DNA of 64,000 nucleotides from Candidatus Gastranaerophilales bacterium (GCA_944325535.1 CALVAL010000001.1:1925-65924), one strand, 5' to 3'. Positions 1-9,363 are shown, numbered from the stretch's first letter. Numbers and translations are program-made. Notes: generated from the sequence alone by a model not told the origin.

Positions 1-1319
1 TGGTCAAATTGTGTTACTGCAATACCTGTTAGATTAAGATTCTTCATAACATTTGCAACTGGAGGAGTAACATCTCCTAAATCTTCGCAAATGATTGAAG
101 ATTTATCCAGACCGTATTTTTCAGCTGCTGGAATAATGATTTTAGTTAGAATTGATGCAAATTCTTCATCTGTATGCTTTTGGTATTTTCCAGAAAAAAT
201 TGAATAAATTCTACCAGAATTTGATGGAAGCATTTCTTTTGAATTAGTTGAATAAATGAACGGATCGATTAAGCCGATTATGTGGTCAACTCTAACACCT
301 CCTGGACAGCTTGCAAAGTAATCTTCGTATTTTTTCTTTAAGAATTCACCTGCTTTACCTAATGATCCATCTTGGTTAAAAATTTCTTCAGGTTTGAAGT
401 ATTTGAAGCCCCATCTTTGCCCTGTTTCAGAAAAATAGTCAGGAGGACATCCTATAGCTGCATTTTCTAAAAACAGATTTTGATTTACCCACTCATCAAC
501 TGCTGGTTGAGCAACAGGGGAGTCTCCAATAATTTTGATTCCATATTCTTTACTTACTGCATTAGATTTTTTATTTTCTTTTTCTAAAATCATTTGTTGA
601 AAATAATAAAAATCTATTTTATCGGCATTCTCATTTTTTATTTGCTCAATTCTAGTTTGAGCTTGTTTTGCTTGTTTATCATTTTTAGGAGCGTATAAAT
701 TTTTATCTATACCTTTCCACTTAGACCAATCTTTGTTTTGGTTTTCTTCGCTTAATACTCTGAAAATTGCGGCAGGTTCATATTTGGAAGAAAATTCTTT
801 TTTGAAGTTTTCTAATTCGCTTGTATCACCTTTTTTATAATTTTCATAAGCTTCAGTAAGAGCTTTGTTGAAAGATGTTCTAACATATTTGTAATCAACA
901 TTTTCTGGATTAGGATTATTTTCTACGATAGATTGGAAAGTTTCTTTAGATAAAATCCCATTATATTCTTTAGAAGTCAATTTTTCTAAAGGAATCATGA
1001 AAATATTTTTGCTACTAGCTTCTGGTGCATAAGGTGAATTATCTCCAAATTTTCTAAGTCCGTTAGGTTCTTGTTGGATACCTTTTATAATATGAGTTTT
1101 TAAAAATGGGAATAGCTTTTTCACAGTAGTTGTAGAAAATAATGAGCCAATTCCGACATTTTCAGCTTTAACAGCTGGAGCTGATGAGTTATGTAAAATA
1201 ATATCGACTTGTTTGCCTAAAAGATTAAGTCCCTTTTCAACTGATTTCGAATAAACCTGCATTTCAGCTTTGCTAGGTTTTTTTGAAAAATTAACATTAT
1301 CAACTCTTTGAATTCTCAT
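1..1319 (-). CDS. malQ: 4-alpha-glucanotransferase (GH77 amylomaltase), C-terminal part cut by window edge
   Basis: Not in ORF track because it runs off the window. Own translation from ATG (complement of 1317-1319): MRIQRVDNVNFSKK... GH77-like blocks DNSPYAP, IIGDSPV..DEW, GCPPDYFSETGQRWGF, VRVDHIIGL, CEDLGDV...TGIAVTQF. Confidence 0.8.
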   Translation of the reverse strand, partial: MRIQRVDNVNFSKKPSKAEMQVYSKSVEKGLNLLGKQVDIILHNSSAPAVKAENVGIGSLFSTTTVKKLFPFLKTHIIKGIQQEPNGLRKFGDNSPYAPEASSKNIFMIPLEKLTSKEYNGILSKETFQSIVENNPNPENVDYKYVRTSFNKALTEAYENYKKGDTSELENFKKEFSSKYEPAAIFRVLSEENQNKDWSKWKGIDKNLYAPKNDKQAKQAQTRIEQIKNENADKIDFYYFQQMILEKENKKSNAVSKEYGIKIIGDSPVAQPAVDEWVNQNLFLENAAIGCPPDYFSETGQRWGFKYFKPEEIFNQDGSLGKAGEFLKKKYEDYFASCPGGVRVDHIIGLIDPFIYSTNSKEMLPSNSGRIYSIFSGKYQKHTDEEFASILTKIIIPAAEKYGLDKSSIICEDLGDVTPPVANVMKNLNLTGIAVTQFD

Positions 1320-1376
1320 AATATACTCCTTATACACACTAAATTATATATCGAGCATATCATAAAGGCTTTTTAT

Positions 1377-1435
1377 ATACAAATAGATTTTTTAAGATTT
1401 ATTTTTATGCGTCACTAAATAATTCACAATAAGCT
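1377..1435. repeat. Direct repeat copy A flanking the ParDE cassette (relic of the 3' end of the 88-aa gene)
   Basis: atacaaatagattt...tcactaaataattcacaataagct. The 24-nt core 1412-1435 is identical to 2102-2125. Confidence 0.8.
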
Positions 1436-1436
1436 A

Positions 1437-1739
1437 TTACAATATAGAACAAATATCTTGATAAGTTGTCAGAACTCTTAATATTCTTAAAGCTTTATTA
1501 TTAATTATTCTATATACAACTAAATAATTCTTATTCACAACATAAAATTTAACATCTAAGTAGGTAAAATCTTCTCTTGATTTTCCAAGATATGGGTGTT
1601 TGCATAGAGTTTTGAATGTTTTGTTGAATAATTTTACCAATTTTATTGCAGCAGTTTTATTATCTTTGGCAATAAAATCCGAAATTATTTCAATGTCATT
1701 GTATGCTTTACTTGTAATTTCAAGTTCTAAATTATTCAT
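1437..1739 (-). CDS. parE: ParE/RelE-family toxin
   Basis: 100 aa. Typical ParE layout (...HPYLGKSREDF...YVVNKNYLVVYRI..KALRILRVL). Overlaps the upstream antitoxin gene by 8 nt. Confidence 0.8.
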   Translation of the reverse strand: MNNLELEITSKAYNDIEIISDFIAKDNKTAAIKLVKLFNKTFKTLCKHPYLGKSREDFTYLDVKFYVVNKNYLVVYRIINNKALRILRVLTTYQDICSIL

Positions 1740-1968
1740 ATTTTTTTATTAAATTTTCCATAGCTGAATCACCATCTAAAATCACGGTATCATTCCAGCC
1801 TTCTTCAATTTCTTTATTTAATTGTATAATTCTTTCTTGAGATATTTTATCTTTAGAAGCCATCATTCTTAAAGCTTCTCGAATTACTTCACTTACGGAA
1901 TTATATAGCCCGGAAGCGACTTTATCCTGTACAAATTTCTCTAATGTTGGTGTTAATGATATGTTCAT
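1732..1968 (-). CDS. parD: ParD-family (RHH) antitoxin
   Basis: MNISLTPTLEKFVQDKVASGLYNSVSEVIREALRMM is the classic ParD N-terminus. I prefer the ATG at 1968 (GAGG 7 nt upstream) over the ORF-track start at 1989. Confidence 0.8.
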   Translation of the reverse strand: MNISLTPTLEKFVQDKVASGLYNSVSEVIREALRMMASKDKISQERIIQLNKEIEEGWNDTVILDGDSAMENLIKKYE

Positions 1969-1983
1969 ATAATGCCTCATTGG

Positions 1984-2016
1984 TAACAATCTTTGCTACT
2001 ATTATAACAATCTTTG
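1984..2016 (-). promoter_or_regulatory. Candidate ParD operator: 12-mer TAACAATCTTTG twice, 21 bp apart
   Basis: Identical 12-mers at 1984-1995 and 2005-2016, directly upstream of parD. Confidence 0.35.
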
Positions 2017-2069
2017 TTATAATTATCAATTATGTAAAAAATATTTTGTAGTAAATAGGAAATTTTTAG

Positions 2070-2125
2070 ATACAAATAGATTTAGATTTTATTTCTATTC
2101 ATCACTAAATAATTCACAATAAGCT
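2070..2125. repeat. Direct repeat copy B (includes the real 3' end of the 88-aa gene)
   Basis: Matches 1377-1435. Encodes ...AYCELFSDE-stop here, versus the relic AYCELFSDA-stop in copy A. Confidence 0.8.
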
Positions 2126-2361
2126 TCTTTATATTTTTGAATTTCTTCTTTTATCTCAGATGTTAGTTTTTTTAAGTTTTGGTAAGATTTTTTGATTGAA
2201 TCTATATATTTTTCTTCCTCTGCGGATAAATTGATAATATTTCTATCTTTTAAAACATAGTCAATAAAATCAATAGAAGCCATCATGCTGCTTTCTGCTT
2301 GAGCAAAAAACCAACTGTTTCTGATGAATTCATTTTCGATGTATCTAGTTAGTCTATTCAT
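2095..2361 (-). CDS. Hypothetical small protein, divergent partner of an XRE regulator
   Basis: 88-aa ORF, no recognisable motif. Divergent from the HTH gene at 2433. Confidence 0.5.
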   Translation of the reverse strand: MNRLTRYIENEFIRNSWFFAQAESSMMASIDFIDYVLKDRNIINLSAEEEKYIDSIKKSYQNLKKLTSEIKEEIQKYKEAYCELFSDE

Positions 2362-2432
2362 AAAAAAGTCCCACTATATTAATGTGTCCTATAGGAAACG
2401 CTCAATATTAATCTATCATTTATCATGAATAA

Positions 2433-2708
2433 ATGCAAGTAAATCATGAAAAATCACAGTTGTTCGCATCTACTTTGGGGGAAATTCTAAAAGAAATTCG
2501 CTCCACACATAGCGGGTTAACCATAAATCGTTTAGCAAATGAGTATGAATTAAACAAGGGAACATTAAGTAAGCTAGAACGAGGTAACAATAATTGTCAG
2601 TTGATTACATTATGGTTGCTTTCGGAAGCATTAGGGGTGAAATGTTCCGAACTTATTAAGATTTTGGAAGAAAAGCTTGGAGATGACTTTTCTTTATTAG
2701 ATGAATGA
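2433..2708 (+). CDS. XRE-family helix-turn-helix regulator (paralog 1)
   Basis: HTH_XRE pattern LTINRLANEYELNKGTLSKLERG. C-terminal 32 aa nearly identical to the next gene. Confidence 0.75.
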   Translation: MQVNHEKSQLFASTLGEILKEIRSTHSGLTINRLANEYELNKGTLSKLERGNNNCQLITLWLLSEALGVKCSELIKILEEKLGDDFSLLDE

Positions 2709-2726
2709 TTAAAATTTGCAATAAGG

Positions 2727-3008
2727 TTGTTTATGCAAGAGAATAATGAAAAGACATTAGAGTTAGCTAAGCAATTGGGGATAATAATAAAGGAATTGAG
2801 AAAGGATGATTCTAAAATTTCTTTGGATCGCTTAGCCATTTCTTTTGGAATAAGCAAAGGTTCTTTGAGTAATATAGAAAATGGGAATAATAATATAAAA
2901 TTTGTAACCTTATGGAAGCTTTCGGAAGCATTAGGGGTGAAATGTTCCGAACTTATTAAGATTTTAGAAGAAAAGCTCGGAGATGACTTTTCTTTATTAG
3001 ATGAGTAA
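2727..3008 (+). CDS. XRE-family helix-turn-helix regulator (paralog 2)
   Basis: ISLDRLAISFGISKGSLSNIENG, same C-terminal module as paralog 1. The start could be a nearby downstream Met. Confidence 0.75.
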   Translation: MFMQENNEKTLELAKQLGIIIKELRKDDSKISLDRLAISFGISKGSLSNIENGNNNIKFVTLWKLSEALGVKCSELIKILEEKLGDDFSLLDE

Positions 3009-3139
3009 TAATTGTTGTAAAGAACTATAGATTAAGCTATATAAGGTGTGACTATAATATAAACTACAACTAAACCCTTTGAAATAAGGGTTTAGTTGTT
3101 ATAAGTACGAGATATTATTTTATTTCTTAAAAACTTATA

Positions 3140-3544
3140 TTATTTATTAGAAATTGTTAAGAATCCATTAGATTTTTTGTGTATAGGAATAACTAATTTA
3201 TCTTTTCCAATGGTATTAGGTCCAGCAGAGTTATTAACATCGATTGTAATTTTACAAGCATTACTATTGGTACAACGAGAATCAGTGCTAAAAGTCCACA
3301 TTGAACCGTCTTTCAAGTTTAATTTGTCTCCGTTTTGTGCCGTAATAGGTAATGATTTAGCAAAATACTTTGCAAGTTCTTGTGAAGTAAATGATTGACA
3401 TTGATCTCCTATAGCTTCTTTCATTAATAATGTTTCTTGTAATGTTCTATATACTTGATTTCTTTCAAAACTAAAATCCGCTCCACTTGCGATAACTGGT
3501 AGTGATAACATAAACGTAAAAATTAATAATAAGTTTTTTTTCAT
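3140..3544 (-). CDS. Secreted hypothetical protein
   Basis: Sec-type signal peptide MKKNLLLIFTFMLSLPVIASG. C-terminal IDVNNSAGPNTIGKDK motif. Confidence 0.6.
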   Translation of the reverse strand: MKKNLLLIFTFMLSLPVIASGADFSFERNQVYRTLQETLLMKEAIGDQCQSFTSQELAKYFAKSLPITAQNGDKLNLKDGSMWTFSTDSRCTNSNACKITIDVNNSAGPNTIGKDKLVIPIHKKSNGFLTISNK

Positions 3545-3715
3545 GCTGTTCCCTTCCTTAATTTTTATTTTAAAAAAGATGATGAATAAAAGATATTGTT
3601 TAAACTAAACATAAGACGCTCATCTATCCTTTTAAAGATTATATATTATGTCTTAGGTTTTGTAAATGAGATTACTTTTCCTTGTTAGATGAATAAATCT
3701 GCCATTCAAGATATT

Positions 3716-4774
3716 TTATCTATTAGAAGGTAAATATTTTCTTGTTTTTTCAGGTAATAATTTTTCAATCAAAGTAATAATTTTGTCAGAATTTTTGTTA
3801 TACAATACTCCTGCATATAAAATTAATAAGCCTGTAATTAGTATAGTGCTTGTAAGTAGTGTTGTATTATTTTTTATGTAATGGAATTCAAGGTACATTA
3901 TATATTCAATAATTCCTAAAATTCCTATAATCGTGAATGGTTTTCTTTGGATAATTGTTCCAAAAATAAAATATATGGTACTCAAAATAAATACTTGTAT
4001 TTGTACAGTTCCCAAAGCAACTTCACTATTAAAAAAATCATTAAAAACAAAAATTAATGTTTGATATAATCCGATTGCCCCAAAGAAGTACATCCATTTA
4101 GAGTAATCCGCTTTTGCAAGTCGGTCTTTTATGAATGCAATTATTATTAATGCTACTGCGAAAATTAAACCTGTCCAAGTAGAAATTTCTATTCCCCAAT
4201 TTTTATTTCCGATTAAATAATTTAAACAAATTATAAATATAGAATAGGAGGATGTAATAGTAGGAATTGCTAAAATAGAAGAATTTCTAAATTTTTGTAA
4301 GATTGTATTTGATATTATTGTAAATATAGAAACAACAAATATCGGCATACGGCATAATTCACTAAAATTTTCTAGTCTATCAAAATCCGAAAAATGAGGG
4401 AAAAATCCAGTCATTTTTTCTATATCCGTAATTATAAACGCAATAGATGTTATAAAAAGAAAATATAGAATTCCTGCTGGAAATTTCTCATTTCTTTTCC
4501 ATAAGAATTCTCCGAGTGAAAGAAATAATCCTGCATATACTGTTCCTAAAATAAGTATTACAAAGTATGAACTATGTTGGATTGTATGTGACATAAGATA
4601 AATCATTGCACACAACATAATAAAACCACCAATATAGTACATAATTCTAACTACTAGAGGGGCAGGTGTTGATTCAGAATCTTTTGAATCAATCAAGTTT
4701 ATTAATTCATCTCTTTGAGAAGATGTTATAATATTTTTCTTTATACCAAGCTCGAGTAGTTCATTTATATCCAT
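3716..4774 (-). CDS. Polytopic integral membrane protein, unknown function
   Basis: 352 aa with many hydrophobic segments and a soluble N-terminal about 30 aa. Confidence 0.6.
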   Translation of the reverse strand: MDINELLELGIKKNIITSSQRDELINLIDSKDSESTPAPLVVRIMYYIGGFIMLCAMIYLMSHTIQHSSYFVILILGTVYAGLFLSLGEFLWKRNEKFPAGILYFLFITSIAFIITDIEKMTGFFPHFSDFDRLENFSELCRMPIFVVSIFTIISNTILQKFRNSSILAIPTITSSYSIFIICLNYLIGNKNWGIEISTWTGLIFAVALIIIAFIKDRLAKADYSKWMYFFGAIGLYQTLIFVFNDFFNSEVALGTVQIQVFILSTIYFIFGTIIQRKPFTIIGILGIIEYIMYLEFHYIKNNTTLLTSTILITGLLILYAGVLYNKNSDKIITLIEKLLPEKTRKYLPSNR

Positions 4775-4840
4775 AAAATTATTCTCCCTATCTTTTCTTT
4801 TTATTATAGGTGAGGATTCAAGTTTTTGTAAAGTGTAAAT

Positions 4841-4857
4841 AAAAAATGCGCCTGGAG
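4841..4857. repeat. Duplicate of the tRNA-Arg 3' end plus flank (aaaaaatgcgcctggag)
   Basis: Identical 17-mer at 4968-4984, which overlaps the last 11 nt of the tRNA. Confidence 0.8.
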
Positions 4858-4973
4858 ACTCTGCCGAGCAAAAGTTGACTAAATGTCAAGTTTTGTGAGA
4901 GGTAAGAACCCCGTTTTTGCATAGCAAAAATGCGGTTCGACTCCAAGATAATTATATATTCTAAATGAAAAAA

Positions 4974-5049
4974 TGCGCCTGGAGGGAGTCGAACCCACGG
5001 CAGACAAGGTTTAGGAAACCTCCGCTCTATCCTACTGAGCTACAGACGC
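4974..5049 (-). tRNA. tRNA-Arg (anticodon CCU)
   Basis: Hand fold of the reverse complement: GCGTCTG/CAGGCGC acceptor, GCTC/GAGC D stem, GAGGT-TTCCTAA-ACCTT anticodon arm, GTGGG-TTCGACT-CCCTC T arm. One U-U mismatch and an apparently 7-nt variable region are atypical. No encoded CCA. Confidence 0.75.
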
Positions 5050-5058
5050 TTACTTTTT

Positions 5059-5275
5059 CTGTAGAAAAAGTAAGCAAAAAGACTTTTAATATTTTTATCT
5101 TACTTTTCTACTACAAGACTCTTGTCTTTTGGTTGTTTCTGTAGAAAAAGTAAGCAAAAAGACTTTTAGTATTTTATCTTACTTTTCTACTACAAGACTC
5201 TTGTCTTTTGGTTGTTTCTGTAGAAGAAGTAAACAAAAAGACTTTTAATACTGTATTCTTATTTTACTTTGTTCT
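5059..5275. repeat. Tandem repeat of about 80 bp, 2.7 copies, upstream of tRNA-Arg
   Basis: Units start at 5059, 5139 and 5218 (ctgtagaaaaagtaagcaaaaagactttta...). Each unit has the GTAGAAAAAGTAAG / CTTACTTTTCTAC inverted repeat. Confidence 0.85.
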
Positions 5276-5352
5276 ACAAAATTCACCATTCTAGTATACA
5301 AAAACTCCCTCTTCTTGTAAAGCTTAATTAAAAATGCTAGAATGGTGCTAAG

Positions 5353-6297
5353 ATGAGCGAAAGTAAGAAAAAGATTTTAGCAATTTTGCCGGTAAGTATT
5401 GGTGGAAGACTTACAACTAATAGCATTATTAATGGGTTTAAGCAGAACAATTGTGATGTAATAGTCTATGATGAATTATTCGATAAAAATTTAAATGAAA
5501 TAATTAATTCTAATTATGATTATATTCTAGGCTATGATTTTTCTGGGCTTAAGATTAAAATAGATAATAATTTAAAAATACCTTCTATTAATTATTTTTC
5601 AGATGATATTCGCTCACGCACCTCTGGTGAGGAGTGGGAAAAATATCTTCCATACCTAGAAAATAATGATAATTATACATTTTATTGGGATAGAGTTCTT
5701 ACTAGCTATGAGACCTTCAAAAATTTGCATTACTTGCCGCATTTTGTCGACTTCGAAATTTATAAAGAATCTCAAATTGAGCCTGAGTTTGATTTGATGT
5801 TTGCAGGCAGATTAGATACTGATTATAGACTTAGTTTTTTTGAAGAGCTGATTACAAAGCTCCCAAATTTAAAAATAGCCTGGCATGCTATAGATAGACA
5901 CTATCAAGATGCAAGAAGACGTGCAAAATATCCTGAACTAATTGATTTATGCTATAGGGGATTTATCGACAATGAAAAAGATATGGCAAAAGCTATTAAT
6001 GATACGAAAATAGTTTTTAATATGAATTCTCAAGGGATTTCTTCACTAAATTACAGAACATTCCAAACTGTTGCATGTAAAAAACTTATGATTAGTGATT
6101 ATCGTGAAGAACTTGATTTATTTGAAGGGCATATGCCTTTTTATGAGGATTTTTCGGATTTAATTTTTAAAATCGAAAGTTACTTAGAGGATGAAGAGGC
6201 TTATAAAAAAGTGACAGATGAGTGTTATAAAATAGCCAAAACCTCTCACAATTCTAAAGATTGTGTCAGATATATCCTAAAAGTTGTATCGAAATAA
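5353..6297 (+). CDS. CgeB-like glycosyltransferase (Glyco_trans_1_2 / DUF3880-type)
   Basis: FDLMFAGRLD..., KIVFNMNSQGISSLNYRTFQTVACKKLMISDY, C-terminal ...HNSKDCVRYIL pattern. Confidence 0.6.
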   Translation: MSESKKKILAILPVSIGGRLTTNSIINGFKQNNCDVIVYDELFDKNLNEIINSNYDYILGYDFSGLKIKIDNNLKIPSINYFSDDIRSRTSGEEWEKYLPYLENNDNYTFYWDRVLTSYETFKNLHYLPHFVDFEIYKESQIEPEFDLMFAGRLDTDYRLSFFEELITKLPNLKIAWHAIDRHYQDARRRAKYPELIDLCYRGFIDNEKDMAKAINDTKIVFNMNSQGISSLNYRTFQTVACKKLMISDYREELDLFEGHMPFYEDFSDLIFKIESYLEDEEAYKKVTDECYKIAKTSHNSKDCVRYILKVVSK

Positions 6298-6302
6298 GTT
6301 TT

Positions 6303-6929
6303 TTATTTGCTTAGAGCATTTGATGTCAGGATAAATAAATTTACCATAAAAAATCCTAAAAACATTCCAGCAATCACATCACTTAAGTAGTGTACTCCAA
6401 GCCAAAGTCTTGAAATACCCACTAATAGAATAAATAATCCAAATAGTCCAACAAGGAAGTATCTCCAAAATTCTGATTTAACATAATGTAGAACGAGATA
6501 AATCAAAATCCCATAAAAACACATTGTAGTTGATGAATGCCCTGATGGAAAGCTGAATCCTGGATAAGCATCCCCGCAAGGTCTTGTTCTGCATACAAAA
6601 TCTTTTATAAAATCAGTAACGATAAAAGTTGCTTGAGTGAAAAATACTAATAAAAAACATTTGATATATTTTTTATGAGAAATCAAAACACTGCCGGCTG
6701 CAATTTGCGGCCAAAGCATATGCTGAGCTCTTCCGAATTCTGAAATTACATTAGGAATATAACTAGGATATGGAGATAGTGCAAGTCTTATTGAATGTAG
6801 TATATTTCCATCCACTTCTGACATATTAGGTAAATACATTACTAAAATCATTAACACTACAAATACGATTAATGATACAATTATCCAATTCCAGCTTTCT
6901 CTTGAATTCAGACCCTTTGATTTCATCAA
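6303..6929 (-). CDS. PAP2-family phosphatase (membrane)
   Basis: PAP2 motifs: ...RTRPCG, FPSGHSS, SRLWLGVHYLSDV. Confidence 0.8.
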   Translation of the reverse strand: MMKSKGLNSRESWNWIIVSLIVFVVLMILVMYLPNMSEVDGNILHSIRLALSPYPSYIPNVISEFGRAQHMLWPQIAAGSVLISHKKYIKCFLLVFFTQATFIVTDFIKDFVCRTRPCGDAYPGFSFPSGHSSTTMCFYGILIYLVLHYVKSEFWRYFLVGLFGLFILLVGISRLWLGVHYLSDVIAGMFLGFFMVNLFILTSNALSK

Positions 6930-6935
6930 ATTCTC

Positions 6936-7451
6936 CTAAAAAATATTTTTGATTCTAATGATTAAATCTACAGCTTTATCGAAAATTGAAATAGCAATAG
7001 GAGTAATTTCGCTTACGCATACTGCAAAGAAAAATAATGCAGAGACTGCTGCTATTATTTTTTGTATATCAGAGAACATAAACACTTTGTTGCTACGAAA
7101 TTCTTGTATTCCTTCATATTCATCTGTAAATGGTTTTACAGGAAATTTTTCTTCGATTTTTTCAATAACATTAGAGTATTTGATTTTTATTAATGTATTA
7201 TATGAATCAACATTCATCCACCATAGAGCGCTCATTGAAATACCTAAAAATGCAAATACTAATGTTGCAGTTATCTTATTTAGAAATACAACATTTCCGG
7301 TATAAATCATTGCGAAAATTAAAACAACAATAGCTGTCATGTAAAATTTATTGGTATTAAAGTTTCTATCAATAAATTTTTCTTTTTGTTCACAATAGGT
7401 TTTATATTCGCTAAAAATCAAAGCATCTCTATCCATTATTTTCTTCTCCAC
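6936..7451 (-). CDS. Small integral membrane protein, unknown function
   Basis: 171 aa with three hydrophobic segments. Overlaps the ftsH stop, so the true start may be Met6. Confidence 0.5.
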   Translation of the reverse strand: MEKKIMDRDALIFSEYKTYCEQKEKFIDRNFNTNKFYMTAIVVLIFAMIYTGNVVFLNKITATLVFAFLGISMSALWWMNVDSYNTLIKIKYSNVIEKIEEKFPVKPFTDEYEGIQEFRSNKVFMFSDIQKIIAAVSALFFFAVCVSEITPIAISIFDKAVDLIIRIKNIF

Positions 7452-9363
7452 TGTTGTTTTCTTGACTGTTATCTGCTTCTACTGCTTGGATTTCTCCTCT
7501 TTGAATTCTTACATCTCTCATTAATTCTTCAAACTCTTTTTCATCAAGAGTTTCTTTTTCAAGAAGATTTTTAGAAATATATTCAAGCATATCTCTATTA
7601 TCACTTAAGAGTTTTTTAGCATAATCATACTGAGCATCAACAATTTTCTTAACTTCTTTGTCGATATCAGCAGCAATTTCTTCTGAGAAATCCCTAGTGT
7701 TTCCAAAATTTCTTCCCATAAATACGTGTTCTTGGTTTTTGCCATAAGCAAGATTTCCCATTTTTTCACTCATACCATAAGTTGTTACCATGCTACGAGC
7801 AAGAGCTGATACTTTTTCTAGGTCATTTGAAGCACCAGTAGTGACATTATCTTTGCCATAAATTAATTCTTCTGCAACTCTTCCCCCTAGAATCATTGTA
7901 ATTCTATCTAGAAGTTGATTTTTACGCATTGTAAGATGGTCTTTTTCAGGTAGAGTCAATGTTATACCTAAAGCCATTCCTCTTGGGATTATTGATACTT
8001 TATGTAGTGGATCACAATCTTTCAATAATTTAGCTAGTAGTGCATGACCTACTTCGTGATATGCAGTATTTTCTTTTTCTTCATCAGAAATAATTCTACT
8101 TTTCTTTTCTGGGCCTGCCATAACTTTGTCTATAGCTTCTTCTAAGTCTGGCATTTCGATTTCTGATTTATCATGTCTTGCTGCTAGTAGTGCTGCTTCA
8201 TTAAGCAAATTCTGTAAATCAGCACCTGTAAATCCTGGAGTACGTTTTGCAAGAGTTTTTAAATCAACTTCTTTGCTAAGAGGTTTATTTTTTGCATGAA
8301 CATTTAAAATTTGTTCACGACCTAATACGTCAGGCTTATTTATAACTATTTGTCTATCGAATCTTCCTGGACGTAATAGTGCATTATCTAAGATATCAGG
8401 TCTGTTAGTTGCTGCAAGGATTATAATATTAGTGTTTTCATCAAAACCATCCATTTCAACAAGTAATTGGTTTAATGTTTGTTCTCTTTCGTCATGTCCG
8501 CCGCCTAAGCCTGCTCCTCTTTGACGACCAACTGCATCTATTTCATCAATAAATACAATACAAGGCTGATGTTTTTTTGCTTGCTCAAATAAGTCTCTAA
8601 CTCTTGAAGCACCAACACCAACAAACATTTCTACGAAATCAGATCCGCTTATTGAGAAAAACGGAACTCCAGCTTCGCCAGCAACAGCTTTTGCCATAAG
8701 TGTTTTACCTGTTCCAGGTGAGCCTACCAAAAGAACTCCTTTAGGAATTTTTGCACCTAATTTAACGTATTTATCTGAGTGTTTTAAGAAATCAACAATC
8801 TCTTCTAATTCTTTTCTTTCTTCATCAATACCAGCAACATCTGCGAAAGTAGTTTTTACCTTGCTATCCATAAGCATTTTAGCTCTGCTTTTCCCAAATG
8901 ACATTGCTTGAGCGCCGCCAGCTTGGATCGACTTTATTATTAGCATAATAAATCCAAGTACCAGTAATATTGTAATTAAAGAAGAACCAACTCCAAATGC
9001 TGAATTAGATTCACTTGCTTTTTTAGCACTTATTTCAACATTATTAGCTTCGAGTTTTTGTAAGACATCTGAATTTTCAGGAAGAATTACTTTATATTGT
9101 AATTTTGGAGGTCTAACATCTCCATAAATTAAATTATTTGCAGTGCTTTTTTTCTCTGCTTCAGGTTGTTTTATAGGTAAAGCGATTAACATATCCTTTC
9201 CCATATCAACACTTTTTATTTCTTTATTTTCAACTTTTTGAATAAAGTTAGTGTATGAAAGTTCTTGTGTACTTGATGTTGGGCCTGTAAATAGCATTGA
9301 AATAAATGCTAATACCATAATGCCTAAGATTACGTACATGCCGATAGATTGATTTTTATTCAT
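7429..9363 (-). CDS. ftsH: ATP-dependent zinc metalloprotease FtsH
   Basis: N-terminal TMs, Walker A GSPGTGKT, Walker [13 protein letters not shown], zinc site HEVGHAL. Confidence 0.95.
   Translation of the reverse strand: MNKNQSIGMYVILGIMVLAFISMLFTGPTSSTQELSYTNFIQKVENKEIKSVDMGKDMLIALPIKQPEAEKKSTANNLIYGDVRPPKLQYKVILPENSDVLQKLEANNVEISAKKASESNSAFGVGSSLITILLVLGFIMLIIKSIQAGGAQAMSFGKSRAKMLMDSKVKTTFADVAGIDEERKELEEIVDFLKHSDKYVKLGAKIPKGVLLVGSPGTGKTLMAKAVAGEAGVPFFSISGSDFVEMFVGVGASRVRDLFEQAKKHQPCIVFIDEIDAVGRQRGAGLGGGHDEREQTLNQLLVEMDGFDENTNIIILAATNRPDILDNALLRPGRFDRQIVINKPDVLGREQILNVHAKNKPLSKEVDLKTLAKRTPGFTGADLQNLLNEAALLAARHDKSEIEMPDLEEAIDKVMAGPEKKSRIISDEEKENTAYHEVGHALLAKLLKDCDPLHKVSIIPRGMALGITLTLPEKDHLTMRKNQLLDRITMILGGRVAEELIYGKDNVTTGASNDLEKVSALARSMVTTYGMSEKMGNLAYGKNQEHVFMGRNFGNTRDFSEEIAADIDKEVKKIVDAQYDYAKKLLSDNRDMLEYISKNLLEKETLDEKEFEELMRDVRIQRGEIQAVEADNSQENNSGEENNG

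Noticed and set aside
4858-4967. GGTTCGACTCC (4934-4944) suggested a second tRNA, a tRNA pseudogene or a tmRNA 3' end on the plus strand.
   Set aside because: Flanking bases give at most a 2-bp T stem, and no acceptor, D or anticodon arms can be drawn. Treated as a rearranged fragment (see finding).
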